Shown: positions 10,327-21,000 of the stretch, piece by piece
Numbering within the stretch: position 1 is the stretch's first letter
Layout of the letters: every line of letters begins with the position of its first letter
Assembly (NCBI GenBank): GCA_963767925.1
Contig: CAVYGB010000010.1
Coordinates: forward strand, 1,152,001-1,216,000
DNA length: 64,000 nt
Source: an uncultured delta proteobacterium
GTDB taxonomy: Bacteria; Myxococcota_A; Polyangia; Fen-1088
Direction of reading: 5' to 3'
Notes under the pieces: generated by a model
What the model was told of the DNA's origin: nothing
Seen by the model: only the letters and a program-made list of their open reading frames with translations
The model's database searches: none
Program-made: the position numbers and the translations under genes

Positions 10327-10917
10327 ATGAAGCGGGTCGTTTCTTACTTTGTCAGTGGGCTCATCATCGTGGTCCCGATCGCGCTCACCTTGTGGCTGCT
10401 CGGAGTGCTGCTGGTGACCATCGACGACTGGACCCGGATCTTCATGGGGAGCCGGGACGTGATCCCCGGGCTGGGGCTGCTGACGACCTTCGTGTTCGTC
10501 ACCCTGGTCGGCCTGCTGGGGTCGCACTTCTTCACCCGCCGCTTCGTGCAGGCCTTCGGCCGCGTGCTCGAGCGCCTGCCGGTGGTGAAGATGGTCTACA
10601 GCGCGGTCAAGGACATGATGAACGCGTTCGTGGGGCCAGAGCGGCGCTTCGACCGGCCGGTGCTGGTCGAGCTGCAGACCGGGGGCAACGTGCGGGCGCT
10701 CGGCTTCATCACCCGCGAGTCGATGGCCCACCTCGGCCTGGCCGAGGATCTGGCGGTCTATTTTCCCCAGGCCTACAACTTCGCCGGGCAGGTCCTCATC
10801 GTGAAGCGGGTCGCGATCACGCCCCTCGAGGTGCCGCCCTCGCAGGTGATGACGTTCATCGTGTCGGGCGGAGTCTCCGGCGTCCCTGGCGTCCCTGGCG
10901 TCCTCACCGGTCGCTGA
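10327..10917 (+). CDS. DUF502 family membrane protein
   Basis: GLIIVVPIALT, ERLPVVKMVYSAVK, GFIT, FIVSGG. Confidence 0.85.
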   Translation: MKRVVSYFVSGLIIVVPIALTLWLLGVLLVTIDDWTRIFMGSRDVIPGLGLLTTFVFVTLVGLLGSHFFTRRFVQAFGRVLERLPVVKMVYSAVKDMMNAFVGPERRFDRPVLVELQTGGNVRALGFITRESMAHLGLAEDLAVYFPQAYNFAGQVLIVKRVAITPLEVPPSQVMTFIVSGGVSGVPGVPGVLTGR

Positions 10918-11016
10918 CCGCTCGACGAGCGGGACGAAACGATGCGCACGGCGCCGGCATTTTTGCGTCCAGACCCATCTCTTGGGCCTTACTGGTCGTC
11001 CGGTCAATAAAACGGC

Positions 11017-11046
11017 TTGACGCCATCCCGACCCAACCCGTAATTT
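11017..11046 (+). promoter_or_regulatory. Candidate sigma-70 promoter of the lipoprotein/TonB receptor operon
   Basis: TTGACG-N18-TAATTT in a relatively AT-rich intergenic stretch. Confidence 0.35.
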
Positions 11047-11187
11047 GCAAACGCTTCTCGACCCGGTGGTGGCCGTGCCGTCGAGTTTTTCGCCCGTCGT
11101 ACCCACGTCGAAAAACGATCGAATCTGTTGGGCGAGGTGACCGGGCCGCGAGGCTGCGTGAAACGCAACCAATCCGGGAGGCCCGGC

Positions 11188-12330
11188 ATGAAGCGATGTG
11201 GTGGAGTGCCCTCGAACAACCCGAGGGCGACGTTGGCAATTTTCATCGGGATGGCCGCAGCGACAGGGCTGGCCGCCTGCGACCCCTACGAGGGCTTCGG
11301 CGAGGGAGACGAGGGGCTGGGCCCGGTCGACCCGGTGACGTTCCCCGCCGCCAACCTCGGCGCCGGCGGCAACCGCATGCAACCCGGGATCGGCGTGTTC
11401 CAGGAGACGCAGGCCTTCGCCGACGGCGCGGCCCTGGGCTACTTCCCGTATCTGTACCCCACGGCGACCACCCCCATCCCCGACCCCTTGCGCCTGCGGG
11501 ACAACGGGGCGGCCTACGCGCGGGTCCCCACCCCTGGCGTCTATTCGTTCGATCCGCCCGCCGGCGGCGCCTCCCCGCTACCGGCGAGCTACGAATGTTC
11601 GCCCCCGCCGGGCTACCAGTTCAACGAGGCGCGCGACGAGGTGCGCTTCGACCAGCAGGGCTCCGTGTTCGGCTCGCTGCCGACGGCGACCTACAACATG
11701 GGCGTCGCCTCGAGCACGACCTACGTGCCGGTGGTGGCCGAGTGGCCGATCAACTCGGCCGGCCAGCCCTGCCAGAAGCTCAAGAGCCGGGCCCAGGTCG
11801 AAGGGGTGTTCGGCCCCTTCGAGCCTGGCCGGGCCAGCGGCAAGTTCATGGCCTGGCTGATCATCGACCCCGCCGCCGCGGTCTACAAGATGACCGACGA
11901 CCCGGACACCGATCTCCGCGGCCTGGAGCTACAGCGCTGGGGCTGGTTCAACCGCTACCTGCTCGCCTACCTCGACGGGGGCTACATCCCCACCGGCGAG
12001 GATCAGGTGATGGAGGGCGGGGCGATGAAGACGGTGCTGCGCATGCGCCCGCAGAAGCTGTATTACCCCCGCTCGCCCGTCATCACGGCGAGCGGCATGG
12101 CCCCCGGCGTGCGCGGCGCTGGCTACGACGTGTTGACCGCCAAGCGCGGAGATCCCGACTACTCGCCGGTGTGCGAGGTCTGGATCTATAACCTCCCGGC
12201 CGCGGCCACGCCGGAGCAGCTCCCCAAAACGGCAGAAGCGATCGAGGCGATGTTCGTCGGCGATACGATGGGCAACCTCGCGCAAGCCCCCCTCCCCAAC
12301 CGTTACATCTTCTGCCTGCAGGTGAGGTGA
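11188..12330 (+). CDS. Hypothetical lipoprotein
   Basis: Lipobox GLAAC; coding-like codon use; 3 bp gap to the TonB receptor; start uncertain. Confidence 0.7.
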   Translation: MKRCGGVPSNNPRATLAIFIGMAAATGLAACDPYEGFGEGDEGLGPVDPVTFPAANLGAGGNRMQPGIGVFQETQAFADGAALGYFPYLYPTATTPIPDPLRLRDNGAAYARVPTPGVYSFDPPAGGASPLPASYECSPPPGYQFNEARDEVRFDQQGSVFGSLPTATYNMGVASSTTYVPVVAEWPINSAGQPCQKLKSRAQVEGVFGPFEPGRASGKFMAWLIIDPAAAVYKMTDDPDTDLRGLELQRWGWFNRYLLAYLDGGYIPTGEDQVMEGGAMKTVLRMRPQKLYYPRSPVITASGMAPGVRGAGYDVLTAKRGDPDYSPVCEVWIYNLPAAATPEQLPKTAEAIEAMFVGDTMGNLAQAPLPNRYIFCLQVR

Positions 12331-12333
12331 CCC

Positions 12334-15168
12334 ATGACGAGCCGAATCTCAGCCCTCGTGGTAACGCGCCTGCGGGACGCCGTCTCGCTCCTCCTGCTGC
12401 TGGCCGCGCTGGCCCCCCCGGCGGCGCAGGCCGCCGATCCGGTGGGCCGCATCCGCGGCGTGGTCCGGGAGTCGGGGACCAACACCCCCCTGCCCGCCGT
12501 CACCGTCACCGCCGACAGCCCGGCGCTGCTGGGCGGCCCCCGCATGGTGCTCACCAACGAGCTCGGGCGCTTCGAGGTCCCCAACCTGGCCCCCGGTGAA
12601 TACACCGTGGAGTTCTCCTACGCCGGCGTCGAGCCTGCCGTGCGGCGGGTGATCGTGCGCCAGGGCGAGGCGGTCCCCATCAACGTCGACTGGCAGCTCA
12701 CCGCGGTCGGGGTGGAGGCGGTCTCGGTCACCGAGAAGCGCCAGATGACCCGGCCCGACTCGACCACCACCGGCACGGTCGTCGACGCCGCCACCATGAA
12801 CCGCCTGCCCACCGCCCGCAGCTACCAGGGCTCGGCCCAGCTCGTCCCCGGCGTCAGCGGCGGGGCCAACCCCAACGTGAAGGGCGGCTTTTTCCGGAGC
12901 AACCGCTTCATGGTCGACGGGCTCGACGTCACCGACCCGGTGACCAACACCTTCGCCATGAACATCCCCTTCGACTCCATGCAGGGGGTGGAGATCCAGA
13001 CCGGCGGCATGGACGCCCAGCAGAACGCCCTCGGCGGCGTGGTCAACGTGCTCACCATGGGTGGCTCCGACGAGTTCCACGCCAACGCCTCGCTCTACGC
13101 CAACCACTACAAGCTGTCGCGCACGGGGGTCTTCGGCTCGCAGCTCTACGAATACACCCTGCCCTTCAACCCCGCCGAGGTGGGACCCACCCAGTCGTAC
13201 CAGGTCTCGGCCAACGTGGGCGGCCCGATCATCAAGCGCAAGCTCTGGTTCCGCCTGACCTACGACCTGCGCATGGCCGAGACCTCCCCCGCCAAGCTGG
13301 CCCCGCTGGGCGCGGCGCCCTACAACATCCAGCACCCTTCCCAGACCAGCACCAACCACCTGGCCAGCGCCCGGTTCTCCTACGCCCCCGCCTCCCTGCA
13401 CCGGATCTGGCTGTCGTCGAACTTCTCGCCCGGCGCGTTCAACAACACCAGCGGCGGCAACAGCCGGCTGGGCCCGGCCGAGAATCACCAGAACCAGAAC
13501 GCGCTGTTTGGCGTGCTCGGCTGGGACTGGTTCGTCTCGGGCAACGTCAGCACCCAGCTCCAGGCCGGCTACCTCTACGAGCAGATCGAGACCGGCCCCC
13601 AGGGCTGGCTGGGCACCATCGACTACACCGGCTGCGACCAGTTCCCCGGCGACGTCTGCGCCTACGACCGCAACCGCCCCTCCCACTTCAACCTGACCGA
13701 CGGCACCACCTGGTATCAGGGTGGGGCCTACCAGGACGACAAGCGCTGGCGCGTGCAGCTCGACCCCACCATGACCATCCGGGGCACGGCGGCCGGCCAG
13801 CACGAGGTGAAGTTCGGCGTGCAGGCCCAGTTCAACTACCGCACCCGGATCATCCAGACTCCGGGCGGGAGCACGTACACCGACAACGCCGCCGGCCTGC
13901 GGCTGGACGAGGGCCTGTGCGATCCGATGACCAACGCCAACGGGGCCTGCTTCCGGCGCACCGACTCCGACGACATCGACGTCAAGGAGAAGGCCTTCGG
14001 CATCGGCTTCTTCGCCCAGGACCGCTGGTGGACCCCCATCGAGCAGATCACGGTCATCCCCGGCATCCGGGCCGACTTCGGCACCTCGTTCGACCGCACC
14101 GGTCGCCAGGTGACGAAGCTGTTTGCCCTGGCCCCCCGGCTGGGCGTAACCGCCAACCTCACCCGCGACGGGCGCAACGTCCTGTTCGCCCACTACGGTC
14201 GGACCACCGAGACCTTGACCCTGCTGGTGGCCTCGGGCATCGACGCCACCGAGGCCGGGCGCGACGTCACCTACCAGTGGAACAACACGACCCGGGGCTT
14301 CACCACCCAGGTCTCCGAGAGCGGGGGCGACGGCGGGGTGGAGATCGCCAAGGGCAACACGGCTCCCCACGCCGACGAGATCACCGGCGGCTTCCGGCGG
14401 GAGATCTTCCCGAACACGGTGGCCTCGGTGGAGTACACCTACAAGAAGTTCTCCAACATCTGGGGGGCCATCGAGGTCAACCGGGTCTACGATCCCACCG
14501 GCTCGCGCGTGGTCGGCTGGAACGACCCGGACAAGGCCGGGCGAGACGTCCTGCTCTACGACACGCCCGACTGGAACTACCGCAAGTACCACGGCCTGCT
14601 GCTGTCGACCGAGGGGCAGCCCACCCCGAACTGGGTGTACGGGGCCAGCTACAACCTGTCGTGGACCTACGGCCCGGGTGAAAGCATCCTCGGCGCCAAC
14701 GCCTACGACAACCTCCGCCAGACCCGGTTCTTCAAGGGCTACCACCCGGAGGACCAGCGGCACTTCCTCCGCCTGTACGGGGCGACCTACCTGACCCGCT
14801 TCATCAACCTCGGCGGGGTCTTCTCTTACCAGAGCGGGGGCCCGGCCACGAAGGCGTATTACGGCGCCTTCGACGGGGCCTACGTCAACCGGCGGTCGCC
14901 GCTCGGCACGGCGCCGACCGCGCCCAACGACATCGAGTCGATCGGCGAGCTGCGGCTGCCCGACCAGATCGGCTTCGACACAACCTTGCGCATCAACATG
15001 TCGCCGAACCCTCGCTTCGGCTCGCTCCACCTGGTCGTCGACGTGTTCAACGTCCTCAACCTGCGCACGGCCAACAACTTCAACGTCACCGACCGGGCCA
15101 ACTACGGCATGGTCTCCGGCCGCCGCGCCCCCCGCCGCATCCAGCTCGCCCTCAACTACTCCTACTAG
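12334..15168 (+). CDS. TonB-dependent receptor with N-terminal carboxypeptidase-regulatory-like domain (Oar-like)
   Basis: GRIRGVV...LPAVTVT; plug NRFMVDGLDVTDP...GGVVNVLT; APRLG; C-terminal DVFNVLN...PRRIQLALNYSY. Confidence 0.9.
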   Translation: MTSRISALVVTRLRDAVSLLLLLAALAPPAAQAADPVGRIRGVVRESGTNTPLPAVTVTADSPALLGGPRMVLTNELGRFEVPNLAPGEYTVEFSYAGVEPAVRRVIVRQGEAVPINVDWQLTAVGVEAVSVTEKRQMTRPDSTTTGTVVDAATMNRLPTARSYQGSAQLVPGVSGGANPNVKGGFFRSNRFMVDGLDVTDPVTNTFAMNIPFDSMQGVEIQTGGMDAQQNALGGVVNVLTMGGSDEFHANASLYANHYKLSRTGVFGSQLYEYTLPFNPAEVGPTQSYQVSANVGGPIIKRKLWFRLTYDLRMAETSPAKLAPLGAAPYNIQHPSQTSTNHLASARFSYAPASLHRIWLSSNFSPGAFNNTSGGNSRLGPAENHQNQNALFGVLGWDWFVSGNVSTQLQAGYLYEQIETGPQGWLGTIDYTGCDQFPGDVCAYDRNRPSHFNLTDGTTWYQGGAYQDDKRWRVQLDPTMTIRGTAAGQHEVKFGVQAQFNYRTRIIQTPGGSTYTDNAAGLRLDEGLCDPMTNANGACFRRTDSDDIDVKEKAFGIGFFAQDRWWTPIEQITVIPGIRADFGTSFDRTGRQVTKLFALAPRLGVTANLTRDGRNVLFAHYGRTTETLTLLVASGIDATEAGRDVTYQWNNTTRGFTTQVSESGGDGGVEIAKGNTAPHADEITGGFRREIFPNTVASVEYTYKKFSNIWGAIEVNRVYDPTGSRVVGWNDPDKAGRDVLLYDTPDWNYRKYHGLLLSTEGQPTPNWVYGASYNLSWTYGPGESILGANAYDNLRQTRFFKGYHPEDQRHFLRLYGATYLTRFINLGGVFSYQSGGPATKAYYGAFDGAYVNRRSPLGTAPTAPNDIESIGELRLPDQIGFDTTLRINMSPNPRFGSLHLVVDVFNVLNLRTANNFNVTDRANYGMVSGRRAPRRIQLALNYSY

Positions 15169-15170
15169 AG

Positions 15171-15516
15171 CCCCCTCACCCCTCCCTCTCCCCGCTACGC
15201 GGGGCGAGGGCGAACGGGCAACGGGCAACGGGCAACGGGCAACGGGCAACGGGCAACGGACAACGGGCAACGGGCAACGGGCAACGGGCAACGGGCAACG
15301 GGCAACGGGCAACGGGCAACGGGCAACGGGCAACGGGCAACGGGCAACGGGCAACGGGCAACGGGCAACGGACAACGGACAACGGACAACGGGCAACGGG
15401 GGGGGGCCGAGACCTCGAGCAAATTCGCCGTCGATCCCCGCTGGGGAGGATGCCCGGGCACCAAGGCGATTGTTCGCCCTCGCCCCGCGGCAGCGGGGAG
15501 AGGGAGGGGTGAGGGG
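15171..15516. mobile_element. Palindromic MITE/REP-like element, copy 1, containing a heptamer expansion
   Basis: ~45 bp terminal inverted repeats CCCCTCACCCCTCCCTCTCCCCGC..GCGGGGCGAGGGCGAAC and its reverse complement; core resembles copies 2 and 3. Confidence 0.7.
15216..15397. repeat. Tandem heptamer array (GGGCAAC)x26
   Basis: 182 bp; 22 GGGCAAC units and 4 GGACAAC variants (units 7, 23-25). Confidence 0.95.
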
Positions 15517-15532
15517 TCCGCGGCGACCCGGG

Positions 15533-16072
15533 TCACACGCCGCGGGGGCGGCGGACGGGGGTGCGGAGCTCGTTTTCCAGGGCGTCGGCGACGCGGCTGA
15601 AGTCCTGGGCCTCGGCGCCGCCGAGCTCGGCCAGGCGGCGATGGCAGTCGACGATGTACTGGGTGAGCCCTTCTTTCGTCGCGTAGGGATCGACCTCGAG
15701 CGCGAGATCTTCCTCGCCCTGGGTGGGCGGCAGGCTCTCGACGAAGGGGAGGAGCTGATCGAGGCGGCTCACGCTGAACAGCAGGCGCCGCTGCTCGGCG
15801 GGGGCGTGGATGGCGAAGCGCCCTTCCCCGCCGGCCGCGCTATCGGGGCGCATGCCGTGGCGCTTGTGCAGGCTGACCAGCCCGCCCAGGAAGGTGCTGT
15901 CGAGGTAGCTGCAGCCGGCCAGGTCGATGATCACCCGCCGCGCGCGATCGGCCAGGACCTGCTCGGCGAAGGCGTGGACGACCCGGCTCTCTGACATGGT
16001 CCCCGGTCCCTGCACCCGGATGGTCACGCCCTCGGGAAACCGCGCCACCGAAACTTTCGCGCGTTCACCCAT
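15533..16072 (-). CDS. STAS domain protein (anti-sigma factor antagonist-like)
   Basis: VIIDLAGCSYLDSTFLGGL motif with phospho-acceptor Ser. Confidence 0.85.
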   Translation of the reverse strand: MGERAKVSVARFPEGVTIRVQGPGTMSESRVVHAFAEQVLADRARRVIIDLAGCSYLDSTFLGGLVSLHKRHGMRPDSAAGGEGRFAIHAPAEQRRLLFSVSRLDQLLPFVESLPPTQGEEDLALEVDPYATKEGLTQYIVDCHRRLAELGGAEAQDFSRVADALENELRTPVRRPRGV

Positions 16073-16196
16073 CGCTCCTATGGTCCTCCCTAAGCGGGAG
16101 GTTGGCAACCGGATCTGCCCCGGAAGTCGGGTGTGGCACGCACGCAGGACCGCGTACGCGCAAGGAGGACGTGGGGCGATGGCGCGGTGTTGCCGA

Positions 16197-16874
16197 CTAC
16201 CAGGGCAAGACTTCGCCGTTGGCGTGCCAGAACGTGCCGCTGTTTTCCAGGGTGAGACCGTCGATGCGCTCCACGAGCTGACGCGCCGACTGCTCGGGCG
16301 TGACGTTGCCGGAGTTGCTGGTCATCTCGGTGCGCACGAACCCAGGGTGGAGGATGGCCACCGCCACGCCCGACACGCGCAGGTCGCGGGCCAGCGACAC
16401 CGACATGGCGTTGAGCGCCGCCTTCGACATCCGGTAGCCGTAATACCCGCCCGATCCGTTGTCCCCCATGGAGCCCATGCGGCTGGTGATGGAGGCGATC
16501 TTGCCGCCCCGCCGCAGGCGCGGCTTCAAGGCCTGGACCACCCGCAGAGGGCCCAGGGCGTTGACCGCGATCTGGGTCTCCACGTCGGCCAAACGCACAC
16601 CGTCGAGATCGTCGCCCTGCAGAATCCCCGCGTTGAGCACGAGGATATCGATGGTCTCGTCGGCCAGGCGTTCGGCCAGCCCGCGGACCGACGCGTCGGA
16701 GGTGACGTCGATCCCGCCCTCGATGCGCCCCTTGCCCTTGCCGATCAGGGCGGTGAGCTCGGCGGACTCCTTCCGGCAAGCGGCGATCACGCGGTCGCCC
16801 CGCCCCTGGAACTGTCCGACGAGCGCGAGGCCGATGCCCCGGTTGGCGCCGGTGATGAGCACGTTGTTGGCCAT
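16197..16874 (-). CDS. Short-chain dehydrogenase/reductase, CsgA/C-factor-like
   Basis: ITGANRGIG, NAG, TSRMGS, YRMSKAALN, LHPGFVRTEM. Confidence 0.9.
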   Translation of the reverse strand: MANNVLITGANRGIGLALVGQFQGRGDRVIAACRKESAELTALIGKGKGRIEGGIDVTSDASVRGLAERLADETIDILVLNAGILQGDDLDGVRLADVETQIAVNALGPLRVVQALKPRLRRGGKIASITSRMGSMGDNGSGGYYGYRMSKAALNAMSVSLARDLRVSGVAVAILHPGFVRTEMTSNSGNVTPEQSARQLVERIDGLTLENSGTFWHANGEVLPW

Positions 16875-16993
16875 GTTGTCGTTTCTGCCATGCGCAGGGC
16901 GGGTCGGCCAAGTCGGCGCGCGCGCACACCCCGGGCGGTTTGACCGCGAATGTCGCGGGGGGTGAACCGACTCGTGTTAGATAGGGCCCGCCC

Positions 16994-17947
16994 TTGAGCC
17001 GCTCACTGAAGATCTTCGCCGGCAGCAGCCACCCCGCGCTGGCGCGCGCCATCGCCAAGCACGCGAAGGTGCCGCTCGGTCGCCTCCGCATCACCCGGTT
17101 CTCCAACGAGAACATCAAGGTGAAGATCGACGAGAACGTGCGCGGCTCCGACGTGTTCGTCATCCAGACCTCGGCCTCGCCCCTGTCCGACCACATCGTC
17201 GAGCTGCTGATCCTCATCGACGCCCTCAAGTTCGCCTCCGCCGCCCGCATCACCGCCGTCCTGCCCTACTTCCCCTACGCCCGCAGCGACAAGAAGGACG
17301 AGGCCCGCATCTCGATCACCGCCCGCCTGATGGCCGACCTGCTCGAGACCTCCGGCGCCGATCGCGTGTTGACGATGACCCTGCACGCCCCCCAGATCCT
17401 GGGCTTCTTCCGCCGCCCCGCCGATCAGCTCCTGGCCACCCCCATCCTCAAGCGCCACTTCAAGCGCACCCGCCTGACCGATACGGTTGTCGTCGCGACC
17501 GACGCCGGCGCCGGCAAGATCGCCGGCCACTTCGCCAAGCGCCTGGGCCTGCCCATGGCGGTGATCGACAAGCGCCGCCTCGACGACTCGGAGAACGCGC
17601 TCAGCACCGCCCTCATCGGCGACGTCGAGGGCCGGGACACCATCATCTACGACGACGAGATCGCCACCGGCGGCAGCATCCAGGAAGCCGCCCGCATCCT
17701 CCGCGCCTGCGGCGCCCGCCGCGTGCGGGTCGGCGTCACCCACGCCGTGCTGTCGGGCCCCGCCCTCGAGCGCCTGGAGGCGGCCGCCCTCGACGAGCTG
17801 GTGGTCACCGACACCATCCCCGTCTCCCCCGACAAGATCCGCGCCCTCCCCGGCCTCAAGGTCCTCTCCACCGCCAAGCTGTTCGCCGACGCCATCGTCC
17901 GCATCCACCAGGGCCGCAGCGTCAGCGCCATCGTCGACCAGGCCTGA
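16994..17947 (+). CDS. prs: Ribose-phosphate pyrophosphokinase
   Basis: FSNENIKVKIDENVRGSDVF, PYFPYARSDKK, IDKRR, PRPP-binding DDEIATGGS; TTG start. Confidence 0.95.
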   Translation: MSRSLKIFAGSSHPALARAIAKHAKVPLGRLRITRFSNENIKVKIDENVRGSDVFVIQTSASPLSDHIVELLILIDALKFASAARITAVLPYFPYARSDKKDEARISITARLMADLLETSGADRVLTMTLHAPQILGFFRRPADQLLATPILKRHFKRTRLTDTVVVATDAGAGKIAGHFAKRLGLPMAVIDKRRLDDSENALSTALIGDVEGRDTIIYDDEIATGGSIQEAARILRACGARRVRVGVTHAVLSGPALERLEAAALDELVVTDTIPVSPDKIRALPGLKVLSTAKLFADAIVRIHQGRSVSAIVDQA

Positions 17948-18072
17948 CCCCCGCCCGGCCCCGGCCCGGCCCCAACCAGGTCCGACGTCCGGGTTGACCG
18001 CGCCCCCGCGCCTTCCTTGACGCGATGCTACCGACGGTGAGATAGTCCCCGGGAGGGCACCGTGGTCGGCGC

Positions 18073-21000
18073 ATGAAGCAACCCGGGACCCAGCAGGACG
18101 AGGACGAGGGCCTGGCCGTCCCGGGAGGGGCGCAGGCGGAGCGGTACACCGTGATCGGGGAGCTGGGGCGGGGCGGGCTGGGGCGCGTGTTCCTCGCGAC
18201 CGACGAGGCGCTCGGGCGGCCGGTGGCGATCAAGGAGCCGCTCGCGCCCACCGCGGAGGGCCTCGCCCGCTTCCAGCGGGAGGCCCGCCTGACGGCCCGC
18301 CTGCAGCACGCGGGGGTGGTGCCGGTCTACGACGTGGGCGCCTGGGCCGGCGGCGAGCCCTTCTTCGTCATGAAGCTGGTGCAGGGTCGCTCGCTCGAGG
18401 ACGCCATCGCCGCCGCGGGCTCGCTCGAGCGCCGCCTCGGCCTGCTGTCGCACGTGCTGGCGGCGGCCGACGCCCTCGCCTACGCCCACGACGAAGGGGT
18501 CATCCACCGCGACCTCAAGCCGGCGAACGTCGTCATCGGCGACTACGGCGAGACCGTCGTGATCGACTGGGGCCTTGCCCGATCGGACGCGGAGCCATCG
18601 GAGGCTGCCCTGGCGGAGCGCGCCCGCAGCGCTCCGCCGGCCGGGGGGCGGCGGCGGGCCAATCCCGCGGCGGCGCGGGCCTCCCTCGAAGACGCGGGCG
18701 GCGGGCTCACCGAGGACGGCCGGGTGCTCGGCACGCCACAGTTCATGCCCCCCGAGCAGGCAGCCGGCGCGGCCGTGGACGCGCGCGCGGATGTCTACGC
18801 CCTCGGCGCCGTGCTCTACAACGTCCTCGCGGGCGAGGGCCCCTACCCCGGGCCGGATCCGGCGGAGGTGCTCTTGCGGGTCCAGCAGGGGCCGCCGCCC
18901 CCGCTGCGCCAGCGCGTGCGGGGCCTGTCCGGCGATCTCGCCGCCATCGTCGAAAAGGCGATGGCCCGGGACCGCGGCCAGCGTTACCGGTCGGCCTCCG
19001 CACTGGCCGAGGACCTGCGCCGCTTCCTCGACGGACAGCTCGTGGCCGCCCAGCGCTACTCGGGGCCGATGCTCCTCCGGCGCTGGCTGCGCCGCCACCG
19101 GGCGACGGCCGCGCTGCTGGCCGCGCTCGCCGTCTCGGGCGCCGCCGGCGTCGTCGGCGTGGTCCGCCAGCGCGACCGGGCGGTGCAGGCCGGCCTGACG
19201 CTCGAGGCCCGGCAGAACGCCCTCGTCCTGCTCTCGGCCGAGCGCAGCGCCGCCGACGAGCCGACCGCCGCCGCCGCCTGGCTCAAGCGGCACCATCCAC
19301 CCGCGGGCCAGGCCTGGCGGGCGCGGGTGCTGGCCGAGGAGGCCGCCGCGCTCGGCGTGGCCCGGCACGTGTTCACCTTCGCGCGCCCGCCCCGGGCCGT
19401 CGCGGTCTCCGTCGAGGAGCCCCGCCTGGCGGCTGGCTGGGGCGACGGCCAGCTCACCCTGCGGGACCTCGAGACCGGGGCGGCGATGCCGCTGCCCGCC
19501 CACCCGGCGGCGGTGACCCAGCTCGCCTTCGCCCCGATCGGCAAGCGGTTGGCGAGCGGGGACGCCGGGGGGACGGTACGGCTGTGGCGCTCGGACGGGC
19601 GGTTGACCGGGCAGCTCCGGTTGCCCGGCGCGATCACGCGGCTGGCCTTCGCCGCCGACGGCCGCCGGCTGGCCATCGCGAGCGGCCCCCGCGCCATCCA
19701 GGTGGTGGCCGTCGAGAGTCCCCGGACGGAGGTGTCGTTCGATCTGCCGACCCGGCTAGCGGGCCTCGCGTTCTGCCCGGGCACCGGCAGCCTCCTCGCC
19801 AGCGACTTCGAGGGGCGCGTCTTCGTGCTCGACGGGACCGCCTCCGGCAAGCTGGCGCCCGCCCCCCGTCCCCTCGCCGCCCACCACGCGGACGCCAGCC
19901 TGCTCTGCCTGGCCGGCGGGCGGCGCTTCGTCAGCGGGGGCGTCGACGGCGCCGTCCGCCTGTGGGACCTGGCTGACGGCTCGGGTCGGGTGCTCGGCCG
20001 GCACGACGACTGGGTGACGAGCCTGGTCGCCTCACCCGACGGCCGCCTCGTCGCCAGCGGGAGCGGGGACGACACGGTCCGGGTGTTCTCCCTGGCCGAC
20101 CGGGCGCCCCGGGTGCTGCGCGGGCACGCCGACACCGTGCGGGGGGTCGCCTTCTCGGCCGACGGGCAGCGGCTGGCCTCCGTCGACGCCGGATCGACCG
20201 TCCACATCTGGGACCTGCCCGCCGGCGAGATCGTGCGGCGCTACCGGGCGCTGCCCGCGCCGACTACCCAGCTCGCCCTGGCCGGCGGAGGCCGGCACAT
20301 CGTCGTCGCCGGCCCGCTCGAGGCCCGGGTCTGGCCGTTCGAGGCCCTGGACCGGCGCCTGTTGCGCGGACACGAGGGTCCCATCACCGCCCTGGCCTGG
20401 TCGCCGGACGGGCAGGCCCTGGCGAGCGCCAGCCGGGACCGCACCCTGCGCGTCTGGCCGCTCGGCGGCGGCCCGGCCCTGGTGACGGGGCCGCTGCCGG
20501 CCTGGACCCTCTTCGTGCGGTTCCTGGGTGGCTCCGGCCAGGTCCTCGTCAACACCCGCCTCGGCGTGCCCCGGCTGTTCGACGTGGCCACCGGCGCGAG
20601 CCGGCCGGTCGCCGAGCAGACCGGGCACTATTCGGTGCCCGCCAGCCAGGGCGACCGGCTGGCCTACCCGGTCACCGGCGGCGTCGTGGTACAGGACCTG
20701 GCCCGCGGGACGAAGCTCCGGCTCGAGGAGGCCCCGATCGGCCTCGTCGCCCTCGCCTTCACCCCCGACGGCGCGGCGATCGCGCTCGCCACCCGCGACG
20801 GCACGGTCGGGTTATGGAGCGCCCAGACCGGCCGCCGGCAGATGCAGCGAGCCACCGGCGAGCGCCTGTACGAGCTGGCGATGTCACCCGAGGGCGGCAG
20901 GGTCGGCCTGCTGACCGCCAGCAGCCGCCTGCTCCTCTGGGATCTCCGCTCGGGGAGCCTGATCGAGGCGCCCACCGAGGGCCAGAGCGGCAGCGGCCTC

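Noticed and set aside
10878..10904. GGCGTCCCT x3 at the end of DUF502 and CCCGACT x2 near 10182
   Set aside because: Short local slippage repeats with no evident function
12349..15396. Long antisense ORFs (this one and similar ones opposite the kinase, kdp and helicase genes)
   Set aside because: Shadow frames expected in high-GC DNA; the opposite strand carries recognisable proteins
15176..15536. ORFs encoding (VARCPLP)n
   Set aside because: Translation artefacts of the heptamer array; no RBS or domain
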